From Bacillota bacterium (lineage in GTDB: Bacteria; Bacillota; Negativicutes; Sporomusales; CTSoil-080), in the NCBI GenBank assembly GCA_017889635.1, contig JAGGAC010000010.1, positions 18,105 through 82,104 on the forward strand: a stretch of 64,000 bases of DNA. The letters are read 5' to 3'. Positions 19,693-30,168 of the stretch are shown here, one piece after another; positions within the stretch are counted from its first letter, which is position 1, and every line of letters starts with the position of its first letter. The translations under genes and the position numbers were made by a program. The notes below the pieces were generated by a model. That model was not told the origin of the DNA and searched no databases. It was given only the letters and a program-made list of their open reading frames with translations.

Positions 19693-20604
19693 TCATAGCT
19701 CGTAAACTTGTAGTGCCGCTCTCATTCTGGCAACAATGATTTCTCGAATATGCTCTGGCTCCACCACCTCAACAAAGGCACCAAAAGAGAGTATATAGCC
19801 GTAAACCCATTCGTCCTCAGGAAAAACAACCTCAACCGTAAAACTTCCGTCATCATTTTTTACAATAAAAGAATCATCAAAGTCGTCATAAAGTCTATTT
19901 AAAACCTTGGCCGAAAACCGCAATTTTAACTCAACAAGCGGTCTAGAGAAGCCCTTCATTTTCTCTTTTTCCGCTTCTGACATTACTCGCGGTAAAAATT
20001 TTTCAGCAATCAAGGTCACATTTTTCACCCGGGAAATGCGAAAAATTCGGTAGTCTTGCCGTTGTCGACAATAGCCAATTAAATACCATGAACTGCCTTT
20101 AAACAAAAGCTTTTCTGGTTCAACATAACGACTGGTGCGATTACCATTAACATTTATGTATTCAAAATGAATAACCTGCCGTTCAAGCATAGCCTGCTTG
20201 ATTGTGCCGAACTTGTTCCTTTCGTTGGGCGAACTTCCCCAGTAAGAAAAATCAATTTCAATCCAATCATTATCAGCAGTGTTCTTAAATACGGCACCCA
20301 GTTTCTCAATAATACTATCAACTTCCGGATACTGCGTCACCGCCAAAGTTTTAACCGCTAAGAGCAGTCTTTCGCTTTCTGTCGATGAAATTAGCGTTCT
20401 ATTTAACGCATAGTTTTCCGCTAAATAAATCCCGCCCCTATTGCCCTTATTCATATAAAGCGGCACACCTGCCGAAGAAAGAACGTCAACATCACGATAA
20501 ATCGTTCTTGTTGACACCTTAAACCGTTCAGCTAGCTCTTTAGCTGTAACCGATCCTTGGTTAAGCAAAATTGTCGTTATCTCAAACAAGCGATTAAGTT
20601 TCAT
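19693..20604 (-). CDS. YafY-family transcriptional regulator (HTH + WYL domain)
   Basis: The 303-aa ORF has an N-terminal HTH (…TAKELAERFKVSTRTIYRDV…) and a WYL-like segment (SSWYLIGYC). Confidence 0.7.
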   Translation of the reverse strand: MKLNRLFEITTILLNQGSVTAKELAERFKVSTRTIYRDVDVLSSAGVPLYMNKGNRGGIYLAENYALNRTLISSTESERLLLAVKTLAVTQYPEVDSIIEKLGAVFKNTADNDWIEIDFSYWGSSPNERNKFGTIKQAMLERQVIHFEYINVNGNRTSRYVEPEKLLFKGSSWYLIGYCRQRQDYRIFRISRVKNVTLIAEKFLPRVMSEAEKEKMKGFSRPLVELKLRFSAKVLNRLYDDFDDSFIVKNDDGSFTVEVVFPEDEWVYGYILSFGAFVEVVEPEHIREIIVARMRAALQVYEL

Positions 20605-20957
20605 TTCATCACCATCTATTGTTATGCTCCACTTTTTCTTGCTTAAATACGCAAATTATTGACGTCTGTATATCAAGAATACTATAATAAATTACGAACC
20701 TTACAAATATTTCATGTTTTCGACTTTTAATCTTAAAAAAAGAGGAATGATCGTCGAAGTTATCTTTGCTATAGTAACCGCTAGAGACTCTCAATTACTC
20801 TTCAATTAGCAAATAGCTTGATTGCTTTCTCGTCTCAATTTTGATCGCCTTAAGTCTAAGGCTAGCCTTGTCAGATAAAAGTTAGCTGCAGTAATCACAA
20901 ATTGCAGCTAACTATTATAATTTTATACACATTATAATATCACAAGGAGAACTAACA

Positions 20958-22904
20958 ATGAACACAAAGTACAATCATCTTTTATCACCATTAGAAGTTG
21001 GCGGCTATGTTTTAAAGAACAGAATGTCCTCATCCAATTCTTTGCCCCACTTTTTACAGGGCCCGGAACCCTATCCCGCAGATTCCGTAATTACACATTA
21101 TGCAAACAGGGCCAAGAGCGGTGCCGCAATCGTCACCTGCATGGGTATCAATAATGGCACCCGAGGAGTAAAGATTCCCATGGAATTAGATTTTGCCCAT
21201 TTTCCTGACTATGACCTCTATGACCCGACCTGCCAAAACTATTTAATACAGCTAGCCGATGCGATCCATTATTATGATTCCATCGCCTGTATGGGCTTCT
21301 TTGTCGGACCGGCCTCCGGCTATCCTCTGATGGACGGAGACTCCATCAAAATCATCGATTCTCATAAGGACGTTAGCGAGTACGATGAAGCAACCCTGGA
21401 GCTGATCGCCGATAGCTATGCAGAACAGGTCAGCATCCTTAAGCGCTTGGACTTTGATATGGCATCGATCCATTTTGCCTATGGCATACAACTGCCTGCC
21501 CAGTTCCTGTCTCCTTTGACAAACCATCGCGTTGATAAATTCGGTGGAAGCTTTGAAAATCGAGCCCGTTTCCCGCTAATGATCTTGGAACGCATCAGAA
21601 AAGCAGTTGGTCCCGACTTCATCATTGAGTGCCTTATGAGTGCTGAAGAGCTTACTGGTGGTTATACTTTGGACGATACAGTTGCTTTTCTGAAGATGGC
21701 TGAGAACTATATCAATATCGTTCAACTGCGCGCACCGGAAATTGACCCTGCCCATCCAACCGGATTTACTCTGGAAGAAATCCCCTTCGTCCATTATGCC
21801 GAGTATGTAAAGAAAAGCGGTACTAAAGTTCTTGTTTCTACAATTAGCGGCTATCATGATTTTGATACTTGCGAAGAAGTTCTGGCATCCGGAAAAGCTG
21901 ATATCATATCTATGGCCAGAAGTTGGATTAGCAACCCTAATTACGGTCAATTAGCTTATGAAGGAAACAAAGAAGATCTTGTTCCCTGCTTAAGATGTAA
22001 TAAATGCCACGGCCGCGGCAAGAATGATCCATTTGTCAGCGTATGTTCTGTCAATCCAATCATCGGATTAGAGCATATGATTGATAAGCTCGTTACTCCT
22101 CCTATCGCCTCTAAAAACATTGCCATTATTGGCGGCGGACCAGCTGGTATGAAGGCTGCTATGGAACTTTATGACAGAGGACACAAGGTCACTCTGTATG
22201 AAGCAACAGATGCGCTTGGCGGCGCGATCAAACATTCTGACTATGTCGATTTTAAATGGCCACTGAGGAAATTTAAAAATTATTTGATTAATCAGGTTAC
22301 AAAGCGCGACATTACTGTTCATTTAAATAGAAGAGTAACACCAGAGATGCTCAAAAATCAGAATTACGATGTCATCCTGGCTGCACTTGGAGCCCAACCC
22401 ACTAAACCGCCGCTTCCCGGAATTGACAATGAACATGTTGTTTTTGCAACAGATTCTTTCATCAACCCCGATAATTTGGGCAAGAATGTTGTAGTCATCG
22501 GCGGCGGAGAAGTCGGTGTAGAAGCTGGCATTAATCTGGCCCAAAAGGGCCACAACGTTACGGTTTTGGAAATGCGTGATACTTTAGCGGCAGATACCAC
22601 GCTCATCCATTATCGTTCTATGTTTGAAGCGGCCTGGGAAAAACTCGATAACTTCAGCTACATTCTGAATGCACGCTGTTCAGGTATCAAAGATACTGAA
22701 GTTACCTACATAGATGTAAATGGTGATGAAAAATCTATTTCAGCAGACAGCGTTGTTATATCTGCCGGAATGAAAGCTAAAAAGGCTGAAGCGTTGAAGT
22801 TTTACGGAATCGCTGACAGATTCTATATGATTGGCGACTGCAAAAAACCTGCTACCATTCAGCAAACAATGCGGAGTGCATTCTCAACCGCATCCACAAT
22901 CTAA
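20958..22904 (+). CDS. Old-Yellow-Enzyme family NADH:flavin oxidoreductase / 2-enoate reductase (FMN TIM barrel + 4Fe-4S + FAD/NAD domain)
   Basis: The 648-aa ORF has an OYE-like N-terminal half, a Cys cluster CLRCNKCHG…C, and a GGGPAG dinucleotide-binding motif in the C-terminal half. Confidence 0.8.
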   Translation: MNTKYNHLLSPLEVGGYVLKNRMSSSNSLPHFLQGPEPYPADSVITHYANRAKSGAAIVTCMGINNGTRGVKIPMELDFAHFPDYDLYDPTCQNYLIQLADAIHYYDSIACMGFFVGPASGYPLMDGDSIKIIDSHKDVSEYDEATLELIADSYAEQVSILKRLDFDMASIHFAYGIQLPAQFLSPLTNHRVDKFGGSFENRARFPLMILERIRKAVGPDFIIECLMSAEELTGGYTLDDTVAFLKMAENYINIVQLRAPEIDPAHPTGFTLEEIPFVHYAEYVKKSGTKVLVSTISGYHDFDTCEEVLASGKADIISMARSWISNPNYGQLAYEGNKEDLVPCLRCNKCHGRGKNDPFVSVCSVNPIIGLEHMIDKLVTPPIASKNIAIIGGGPAGMKAAMELYDRGHKVTLYEATDALGGAIKHSDYVDFKWPLRKFKNYLINQVTKRDITVHLNRRVTPEMLKNQNYDVILAALGAQPTKPPLPGIDNEHVVFATDSFINPDNLGKNVVVIGGGEVGVEAGINLAQKGHNVTVLEMRDTLAADTTLIHYRSMFEAAWEKLDNFSYILNARCSGIKDTEVTYIDVNGDEKSISADSVVISAGMKAKKAEALKFYGIADRFYMIGDCKKPATIQQTMRSAFSTASTI

Positions 22905-22910
22905 TTAACA

Positions 22911-22960
22911 AGAAAGAACCCATGGCTAAATCATCACTGATTAAGTCATGGGTTCTTTCT
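22911..22960 (+). terminator. rho-independent terminator after the enoate reductase gene
   Basis: GAAAGAACCCATG…CATGGGTTCTTTC forms the stem, followed by a T-rich tract. Confidence 0.5.
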
Positions 22961-22990
22961 TATCACCCTGCTACTATTACGCATCACCCT

Positions 22991-23401
22991 TTAATGCAGA
23001 AATTTTACCGTCATCTCCGGTAAATACCGGGCAACGGTGGGAAACAATTCATTTTCAAAACTTTTCTCATCGGAGATAACTTTCTCTAAAATCTTTCGCT
23101 CGATACTCGCATAAGGTTTTATCACTCCCATAAACGGATGATGGATTTCCGAATCCAGTTTGCCGTTTTCGACGTCTTCCACTCTTAGTCCACTAAGATA
23201 AAGAACATATTCCCCAACGACTCGTCCGTTTTCCAACACTTGCAGGCCGAATTTATTTTTTTTGTTGGCTAATATTGGATTCATTACTGAAAAAATCTGC
23301 GGATGTTTTTTTTCAAGAGCATCAAGCACCCGATTTCGCATCGGTACTAATTTGTCTTTAATCAAAGCATCGATATCTGTCATGATCGCTGCCGGACTCA
23401 T
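22991..23401 (-). CDS. hypothetical protein
   Basis: The 136-aa ORF has no recognisable motif. Confidence 0.4.
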   Translation of the reverse strand: MSPAAIMTDIDALIKDKLVPMRNRVLDALEKKHPQIFSVMNPILANKKNKFGLQVLENGRVVGEYVLYLSGLRVEDVENGKLDSEIHHPFMGVIKPYASIERKILEKVISDEKSFENELFPTVARYLPEMTVKFLH

Positions 23402-23673
23402 ACAGGAACACCTCTTTCAATTAATGGTTCTACTCTACAACTTTAATATCTGACTATAATGGAAATATTATTCCTCCATTAATTTTCTAAACAAGTACCC
23501 CATTTATTCAAATCACTGCTGGCTCATGTTTATATTAAAAATATGTTAACATCGGCAAAAAGGATTGAATAAAACCATTTATAGTAATACAATTATTACT
23601 ATAAATGGTTTTATATTGAAATTACAATGTGAAATGCTTAATCAAAAAATAGCAGAAAGGGATAGGTGTTATT

Positions 23674-24306
23674 ATGCCGCTAGCATCATATGGGGTTCTT
23701 AAATGCCAGCCTATTAAAGGAATGCACGCCGCTGACACGTCTCATTATGAGGTTCATGTTGTAGATGACGATTCTGATTATCGGATTGCAATCAATGTTA
23801 AATCTCAACAATCTCCACCAGAATTGCTTTACTATATCGACGAAAACTACCAAAATAATATTTTAGCCCAACTTGAAGATCTTCCTTTAGGATTTACAGC
23901 TCTACAAAGCACACCGGAAAGTATAGCGCTGGATTATCTCCGCAAAAACCTTTTTGATTACCACAAAATGCAAACTGCTCATCACATTATAGGAGCGGAC
24001 AATGAATTAGCCGAACTCATTGAAAAGTATATTGATCTAGCAATTCGGACAAGCAATTCAACCATATATGCCTTTGGACAAAAATGGGGGCCTGAGACTG
24101 GAAAGCGCGATCAGTACTTTGGATTCAAACCTGGAAATGGTATACACGATATCCATATGAACCAAGGAAACACCGGACGATTCGAAAAAGACAATGGCCC
24201 TTATCAGGACGGTGGACTTTTCATTCACTTTCCGGTAAAAAATCAACTAGTAGCCATATTTCTAGCCTTTCAATCCCAATCCTTTGACCTAGATAAAACT
24301 AAATAA
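23674..24306 (+). CDS. DUF2278/YukJ-like protein
   Basis: The 210-aa ORF has an RBS AAGGGATAGG. The sequence pattern (…YRIAINVKS…GIHDIHMNQGN…) resembles the YukJ family. Confidence 0.5.
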   Translation: MPLASYGVLKCQPIKGMHAADTSHYEVHVVDDDSDYRIAINVKSQQSPPELLYYIDENYQNNILAQLEDLPLGFTALQSTPESIALDYLRKNLFDYHKMQTAHHIIGADNELAELIEKYIDLAIRTSNSTIYAFGQKWGPETGKRDQYFGFKPGNGIHDIHMNQGNTGRFEKDNGPYQDGGLFIHFPVKNQLVAIFLAFQSQSFDLDKTK

Positions 24307-24355
24307 TTATTACTAAAATTGGTATTTCGAAAGATAATTTTGATATCTAAATAAT

Positions 24356-24385
24356 AAACACCTGCTACTGAGTTGGCAGGTGTTT
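24356..24385. terminator. bidirectional terminator hairpin
   Basis: AAACACCTGC…GCAGGTGTTT lies between convergent genes. Confidence 0.5.
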
Positions 24386-24403
24386 ATTATTTCAACTAAC
24401 TTC

Positions 24404-24748
24404 CTAGTCATCAAAAACAATGGAGTCAAATGACTTGTCAATAACAGCTCCAAATAACTTTTGTCCCTCTATATAACTTCTAAGAATTATTTGCCCATAT
24501 TCAGACTCAGTTTCAGCTTTTTCAAGATTAGCTGCAATATCAGGTTTATTCATTTTTTGTAGTGTCTCTATAATCTCTGTCAATTCTTTCTTTGCCCTCT
24601 TAATAATAGCACTATCCATTATCCCATAGACTTTTTCCTTATACTCATGCCGTCGATCACGGTATTCTTGTACAGCCAGATATGTTGTAACAACAGAGCA
24701 TGCCGCTTCTACTACCTTTAGCCAGTCGCTCTCTCCCATTCTCCCCAC
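24404..24748 (-). CDS. hypothetical protein
   Basis: The 114-aa ORF is charged and helical with no recognisable motif. Confidence 0.4.
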   Translation of the reverse strand: MGRMGESDWLKVVEAACSVVTTYLAVQEYRDRRHEYKEKVYGIMDSAIIKRAKKELTEIIETLQKMNKPDIAANLEKAETESEYGQIILRSYIEGQKLFGAVIDKSFDSIVFDD

Positions 24749-24994
24749 TCCCTGAAATATAATAGCTAGTACAACATATGCACCAGAGAGCGGTTTATTA
24801 CAGAATAAGCCTCATGACTTAAAGTGCTCAGACTAAAATAATTATCACATTCACTTATCAATTAACATAACACTTTCATATTATATACAAAAGCCAGAAT
24901 CTTCTTCGTACATTATATATATCTATAAACCTTACCTTAAATATCATCGGCGCTTTAGAACGCCTTGAAACAACCGGAAGGAAGTGCAGTACAA

Positions 24995-25156
24995 ATGCCG
25001 TCCAAAGAAATACTGATGTTGTCAATCCTCGAATGGATACCAAGTCGATTATGGCTATATCTCATTATACTAATCTTTCTACTTTTCGTTTGGCTGTTTT
25101 TTCCGGTTATTTTTCTATTTATCATAATCATTTTCTTTCTTTGGCTCATCACCTAA
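24995..25156 (+). CDS. small hydrophobic peptide (53 aa), putative membrane peptide
   Basis: An ATG at 24995 is preceded by GGAAGGAAG (10-nt spacer). The product is MPSKEILMLSILEWIPSRLW + LYLIILIFLLFVWLFFPVIFLFIIIIFFLWLIT. Confidence 0.3.
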   Translation: MPSKEILMLSILEWIPSRLWLYLIILIFLLFVWLFFPVIFLFIIIIFFLWLIT

Positions 25157-25504
25157 TAGCCGCCACCTATGAAACTGTTTTATGTTCCAGCTAAGATAAG
25201 ATTTGCATAGATATAAACCGTATATCCCAAGCTTCAAAAGCAGCGGAGCAATATAATTCGGCTATAGACTCAAGGCTAACGACGCGCTGATTTACCAAGA
25301 AATAATGCCTTGAGTTACAATGTTATCGGGTATGATATTCGGACAATCTGCGATCTATATCAGTTTCTAGTAAATAGTAGTAAAAATAAGTATAATTGGA
25401 AAACTAATAGATGAGCGACAGTCACTTCGATAAATGAAATACACTTTGGAATCTGCTTGATTCTTATTTTTGTATTATTTCTGAAACTATTGGGAGGTGC
25501 GTAA

Positions 25505-27175
25505 TTGGATACGAATATGGAAACCGATAAACTTTTAATCATTCCGCTAGGCGGTCTCGGCGAGATCGGCAAGAATTTAACGGTGTTCCGCTATGGCGAA
25601 GATATCGTCATACTTGACTGCGGACTAGCATTCCCTGAAGAAGATATGCTAGGTATTGATCTAGTAATACCTGATATGACTTATTTAATGGATAACAAAG
25701 ATAAAATCCGCGCAGTTGTTCTAACCCATGGTCATGAGGATCATATTGGTTCTTTATTTCATCTGCTAAGACAAGTTGATGTACCTGTTTACAGTTCCAG
25801 GCTTACTCTAGGATTAGTAGAGGGGCGGTTGAAAGAATATAATATCTCCGAAAGCAAGCTGATTCCGGTTGCTCCTGGAGATTCTATCGTAATAGGACAA
25901 TTCAAAATTGGTTTTATTCGGGTTAACCATTCAATTTCGGATGCTCTAGGAGTTTATTTCAAAACACCAGTAGGAACTGTTGTTCATACCGGAGACTTTA
26001 AAATTGACCAGACCCCAGTTGATGGCAAATTGATTGATATTCATAAATTTGCTGAACTTGGAGAACAGGGAGTATTAGTGCTTCTATCCGATAGCACTAA
26101 CGCCGAACGGCCTGGCTATACCAAATCTGAACAAACTGTCACCGATTCATTAAATCAGCATTTTCACGCGGCAAAGGGACGCATTATCCTAACGACTTTT
26201 GCCTCCAATGTATCAAGACTACAGCAAGCAATTAACTCGGCATGCGAGTATGGACGTAAAGTTACCCTTCTTGGACGAAGTATGGTGACGGTTGTAACTA
26301 AAGCCACAGAACTTGGTTATATGAATATTCCCGATGGCGTGCTGATAGATGTTGATGAAATTAGGAACTATCCTGATAATCAGATATTAATTCTGACCAC
26401 TGGAAGTCAAGGTGAACCCATGGCGGCGCTGAGCCGTTTGGCATCGCGAAGTCACAAGAGTATTGAATTAACTCAAGGGGATATGGTGCTTATAGCGGCA
26501 ACTCCTATACCGGGAAACGAACGTTCAGTTGGCAGAACCATTGATGCACTAATACGCCAAGGAATAGATGTAATATATGAAAGGTCATCCGGCATCCATG
26601 TTTCCGGGCACGGCAGTCAAGAAGAACTTACGCTAATCTTAAACATAGTTCGTCCCAAATTTCTAATTCCTGTGCATGGTGAGCATCGAATGTTGAAATC
26701 TCATGGAAAGCTCGCAAATAAACTTGGAATACCAAAGGAGAACATCTTCATCGGCGAAAACGGCCATATTTTTGAATTTACAGCAGAAACCGGTCGCTTT
26801 GCCGGAAAGGTTACAGCCGGGAAAGTTTTTGTAGACGGGTTGGGTGTCGGCGACATTGGCAATATTGTATTACGCGATCGACGGCAATTATCTCAGGATG
26901 GAGTAGTAATTGTTGTTGTTGCGTTAGACAAGCAGCGAGGCTGTGTACTAGATGGTCCAGACATTGTCTCGCGTGGATTTGTATACATACGAGACTCAGA
27001 TGAATTGATAAGCGAGGCACGAAACATAGTCAAGGGTGTTTTAGAACGTCTTGAAAATGGACCGGTAAGTCAATGGGCACCTTTAAAAGCCGGTATCCGC
27101 GATGCTTTAACTAAGTATCTAATCGCCAAAACCGGACGCAAGCCCATGATTTTGCCAATTATCGTAGACATATAA
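25505..27175 (+). CDS. rnj: ribonuclease J (metallo-beta-lactamase / beta-CASP)
   Basis: The 556-aa ORF has the HGHEDHIG motif. A TTG start at 25505 lies 7 nt after GGAGG. Confidence 0.85.
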   Translation: MDTNMETDKLLIIPLGGLGEIGKNLTVFRYGEDIVILDCGLAFPEEDMLGIDLVIPDMTYLMDNKDKIRAVVLTHGHEDHIGSLFHLLRQVDVPVYSSRLTLGLVEGRLKEYNISESKLIPVAPGDSIVIGQFKIGFIRVNHSISDALGVYFKTPVGTVVHTGDFKIDQTPVDGKLIDIHKFAELGEQGVLVLLSDSTNAERPGYTKSEQTVTDSLNQHFHAAKGRIILTTFASNVSRLQQAINSACEYGRKVTLLGRSMVTVVTKATELGYMNIPDGVLIDVDEIRNYPDNQILILTTGSQGEPMAALSRLASRSHKSIELTQGDMVLIAATPIPGNERSVGRTIDALIRQGIDVIYERSSGIHVSGHGSQEELTLILNIVRPKFLIPVHGEHRMLKSHGKLANKLGIPKENIFIGENGHIFEFTAETGRFAGKVTAGKVFVDGLGVGDIGNIVLRDRRQLSQDGVVIVVVALDKQRGCVLDGPDIVSRGFVYIRDSDELISEARNIVKGVLERLENGPVSQWAPLKAGIRDALTKYLIAKTGRKPMILPIIVDI

Positions 27176-27256
27176 AAAAGATTCAACTCTATACACCAAT
27201 TAGAGACTAATAGCGAAAAATCACTACGCCATTATCTGGGTAGTGATTCTCTGCTA

Positions 27257-27679
27257 TTAGTTATTTGATAGTCGTTTTGCGTAGTACTCAATAATCTCCC
27301 GCCGTCGAATGATTCCAATAAAAATTCCATTGTCATCCACAACTGGAACAAAGTTTTGAACAATCGCCAACGATAGTAATTCTTCCATTTCTGAGTTAAT
27401 TTTTACCGGTGTGTTGATCATCCTGAGGTAAATATCTGTAATCGTAATCCGTTCAGTATCTGCAAAGGTTAACCCTGGCGTATTCTTCATTTTCCAGAGT
27501 AAATCCCCTTCAGTAATTGTCCCGGCATATTTACCAAGTTCATCAACAAGTGGAATTGCCGTATAACGATGATACTCCATCTTCTCAAGCGCTTGCCGCA
27601 TAGTACAATTTATTGGTAAATAAATCACTTCATTTTTCGGAACTAGAAAAAAGGCAATATTCATAAACTGCTCCTCCAA
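27257..27679 (-). CDS. CBS-domain pair protein
   Basis: The 140-aa ORF has two CBS motifs. Confidence 0.6.
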   Translation of the reverse strand: MEEQFMNIAFFLVPKNEVIYLPINCTMRQALEKMEYHRYTAIPLVDELGKYAGTITEGDLLWKMKNTPGLTFADTERITITDIYLRMINTPVKINSEMEELLSLAIVQNFVPVVDDNGIFIGIIRRREIIEYYAKRLSNN

Positions 27680-28018
27680 TATTTTTCGAGCAATAATCGT
27701 ATTTGCAATGAGAAAAAGAAAGTCCCGCGACTTTCTTTATGGAAGACACCAAGTCTGATATCCCCTATATATTATACACTAATGCAAACGGCACTACAAT
27801 CAGCTTCCATTAGCAGCGCCCTATCTCCTGCAGCGGTTTCAAAACTGCTATAACCTCACTTAAGCTATTATACACTTACCGAAACCGCACTATTCTCTGT
27901 AAAATAAGTATAGACCACCTAGAGCTCTAGGCGGTCTATACTTATTTCTTTCCCAATAGCGCATCAAAGTGAGCATGACTCAAATCGCACTTATTTTACT
28001 TGTTTAACTTAATTTTTT

Positions 28019-28756
28019 CTATACTTCAGGCATTTTGTTAATTATGTAATCTATGTTAAGAAACATAATAGTTACAAAAATGTGCAGAAATACCTCCACG
28101 ATAGAAATAAGACTCTTTAATATAATATTTACATTAGAAGGAAAATATTTTCCAATTAAAACTAAACCAATACACAAAACCAGATATATCAACCCGATCA
28201 CCAATAATTTCCCGAACGTTCTCCACCAGCGTCCCTTAACCAAAGACTTACTATATACCAGCGCTTTTTCTGAGTTAACACCGCGCAAAACAACAGCCTG
28301 TTGAACAAAAACATAATATAACATCCATACTATTCCTGGTATTATCAAGAGAAACGAGAGTCCAAAACATATGAACATGCCTAAATATATCGCAAATATG
28401 CAGCTACCAACCCGGAAAAATCCAATTTTTAAAATAGATTTTACTTTTAGCTTGGCGTTCTCACCGTCAACAGCTTTTTCCACCAGTAGTAAAATAATGT
28501 TTTTCCAGGCTATTCCAATGAAAATCATAAATATTCCCAGGGAAATCAATGCAAGCCCGATTACAATACTTTGTTCGGGAGGGGTCGACTGTTGATAAAT
28601 AAGATATTCTTCACAGAAATACGACATTGCATTTATTGGTATAAGCATAATAAGCGTAATCAATAATATTGATTTAATTTGCTTTCCATAAACCATAAAA
28701 CTAGTTTTAATAATATCACCTAACCCAAATTCTCGCTGCCTAATTGCATCAAACAT
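28019..28756 (-). CDS. multi-pass membrane protein (unknown function)
   Basis: The 245-aa ORF has about 6 hydrophobic helices. Confidence 0.5.
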   Translation of the reverse strand: MFDAIRQREFGLGDIIKTSFMVYGKQIKSILLITLIMLIPINAMSYFCEEYLIYQQSTPPEQSIVIGLALISLGIFMIFIGIAWKNIILLLVEKAVDGENAKLKVKSILKIGFFRVGSCIFAIYLGMFICFGLSFLLIIPGIVWMLYYVFVQQAVVLRGVNSEKALVYSKSLVKGRWWRTFGKLLVIGLIYLVLCIGLVLIGKYFPSNVNIILKSLISIVEVFLHIFVTIMFLNIDYIINKMPEV

Positions 28757-28885
28757 TTTAGCATATCCTCCATTACTATTTATAATAAACTAGCAAGAGC
28801 ATACTCCATCGTTTCGAATGAAGTATGCTCCCACCCAAAAATTCGATATCCATATAGCTAAACAACAAAATAAAAGGTTATTTTC

Positions 28886-29833
28886 TCAACTATCTTTTGA
28901 TTCCGTTTTTGTTTCAGGTTCATCTACCTTTTCAGCTACATCTTCAGTGTTATCTTTCTTTCTCCTGAAAAATTTCGCTATCCCTGCCCCTAGCGCCACA
29001 ACAGCAACAATAATTACTTTAATAAATTTCAAGCAAAAGGCGCCGACAATAGCAAGAATCCCTAATTTCTTCGCAGCAACCCCACCAACAAGAGCTGCCA
29101 AACCGTATTCAGCAATCTTATCTGTAGAAGAATTAAAATCTTCATAGCGTTTTCCTGGTACATACTCAATCGCTTTCAGAAGATCAAGCGCCGCTGGTTT
29201 GTCACGCTCAATTTCTTTTAAATCAGTAACTAAGCACATATCGATGTAGCCTTCGCGCCCAAGTACATAGGTATTATAGTTTATTGTGTTGTCATCGCTG
29301 GTATCGCCTTTGTCGCGGGAAGATATCGACCAAATAAGCTGTCTTTTGGCCTGGTCATATTGCGGCTTTTCTACCCAACCGATTATTTCCATCTCTTTGA
29401 AGCCCTTTTTTGTCCGCTCTTTATTCAGTTCTTCCGTACCCTCTTTTAATTCCTTAAATAAATCATCTATATTCCAACTTTTAGCATCATCATCTTTTAT
29501 GTAACCTTCCGGTCTAAATTCGATAACAATATACCAATTGTCATCAGAATTTTTACTAACAACCATACCAAGCAAATCTTTGCTGTCGCCATTACCCATG
29601 GCTTTCATAATATTATTTGCTTCATTTTTAGGAATAAAAATATATTTATCAGGCAAGTTCAACTTAGCTTGATCACCCAAAGAAACTTCTTTAGGCCCAT
29701 CAATTGCTGCCTTTTCAGCCTGCTTCCAGGCTCGTTCAAGAGTGGCTTGGTTTGAAGTCGTTGCCGCTTCACCTACTACAGCAAAATTTAAAATAAATAA
29801 TAAAATTAACCCGATTAAATACCTCTTACTCAC
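28886..29833 (-). CDS. membrane-anchored secreted protein (DUF2167-like)
   Basis: The 315-aa ORF has a signal peptide, a soluble domain, a C-terminal TM helix and a charged tail. Confidence 0.45.
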   Translation of the reverse strand: MSKRYLIGLILLFILNFAVVGEAATTSNQATLERAWKQAEKAAIDGPKEVSLGDQAKLNLPDKYIFIPKNEANNIMKAMGNGDSKDLLGMVVSKNSDDNWYIVIEFRPEGYIKDDDAKSWNIDDLFKELKEGTEELNKERTKKGFKEMEIIGWVEKPQYDQAKRQLIWSISSRDKGDTSDDNTINYNTYVLGREGYIDMCLVTDLKEIERDKPAALDLLKAIEYVPGKRYEDFNSSTDKIAEYGLAALVGGVAAKKLGILAIVGAFCLKFIKVIIVAVVALGAGIAKFFRRKKDNTEDVAEKVDEPETKTESKDS

Positions 29834-30168
29834 AACTTCACTCCTATTTATAATGTTATTTCTTGCTTACAAAAACTACATAAAATTCTCCGTTCGCTTT
29901 GCTATAGCCCTTACTTAATTTATTCTAGCTAATATAAATTCTCCACTACCAACAAATCACCTTTTAAGGCAATTGCATTATTTATAAACTTTATATAAAC
30001 AAATGTTCTACCAATAATACATAACATAATTTCAACCACAAATCAGGCAACAATATGATAAAATCATACTACAATCAAAATTTTCTAGCACCTTTACGAA
30101 ATATCACCGTAGCGGTGCCACAAACAAGTTCAAAATAACATCGTATTAACAGAAATTAAGGAGCAAAT

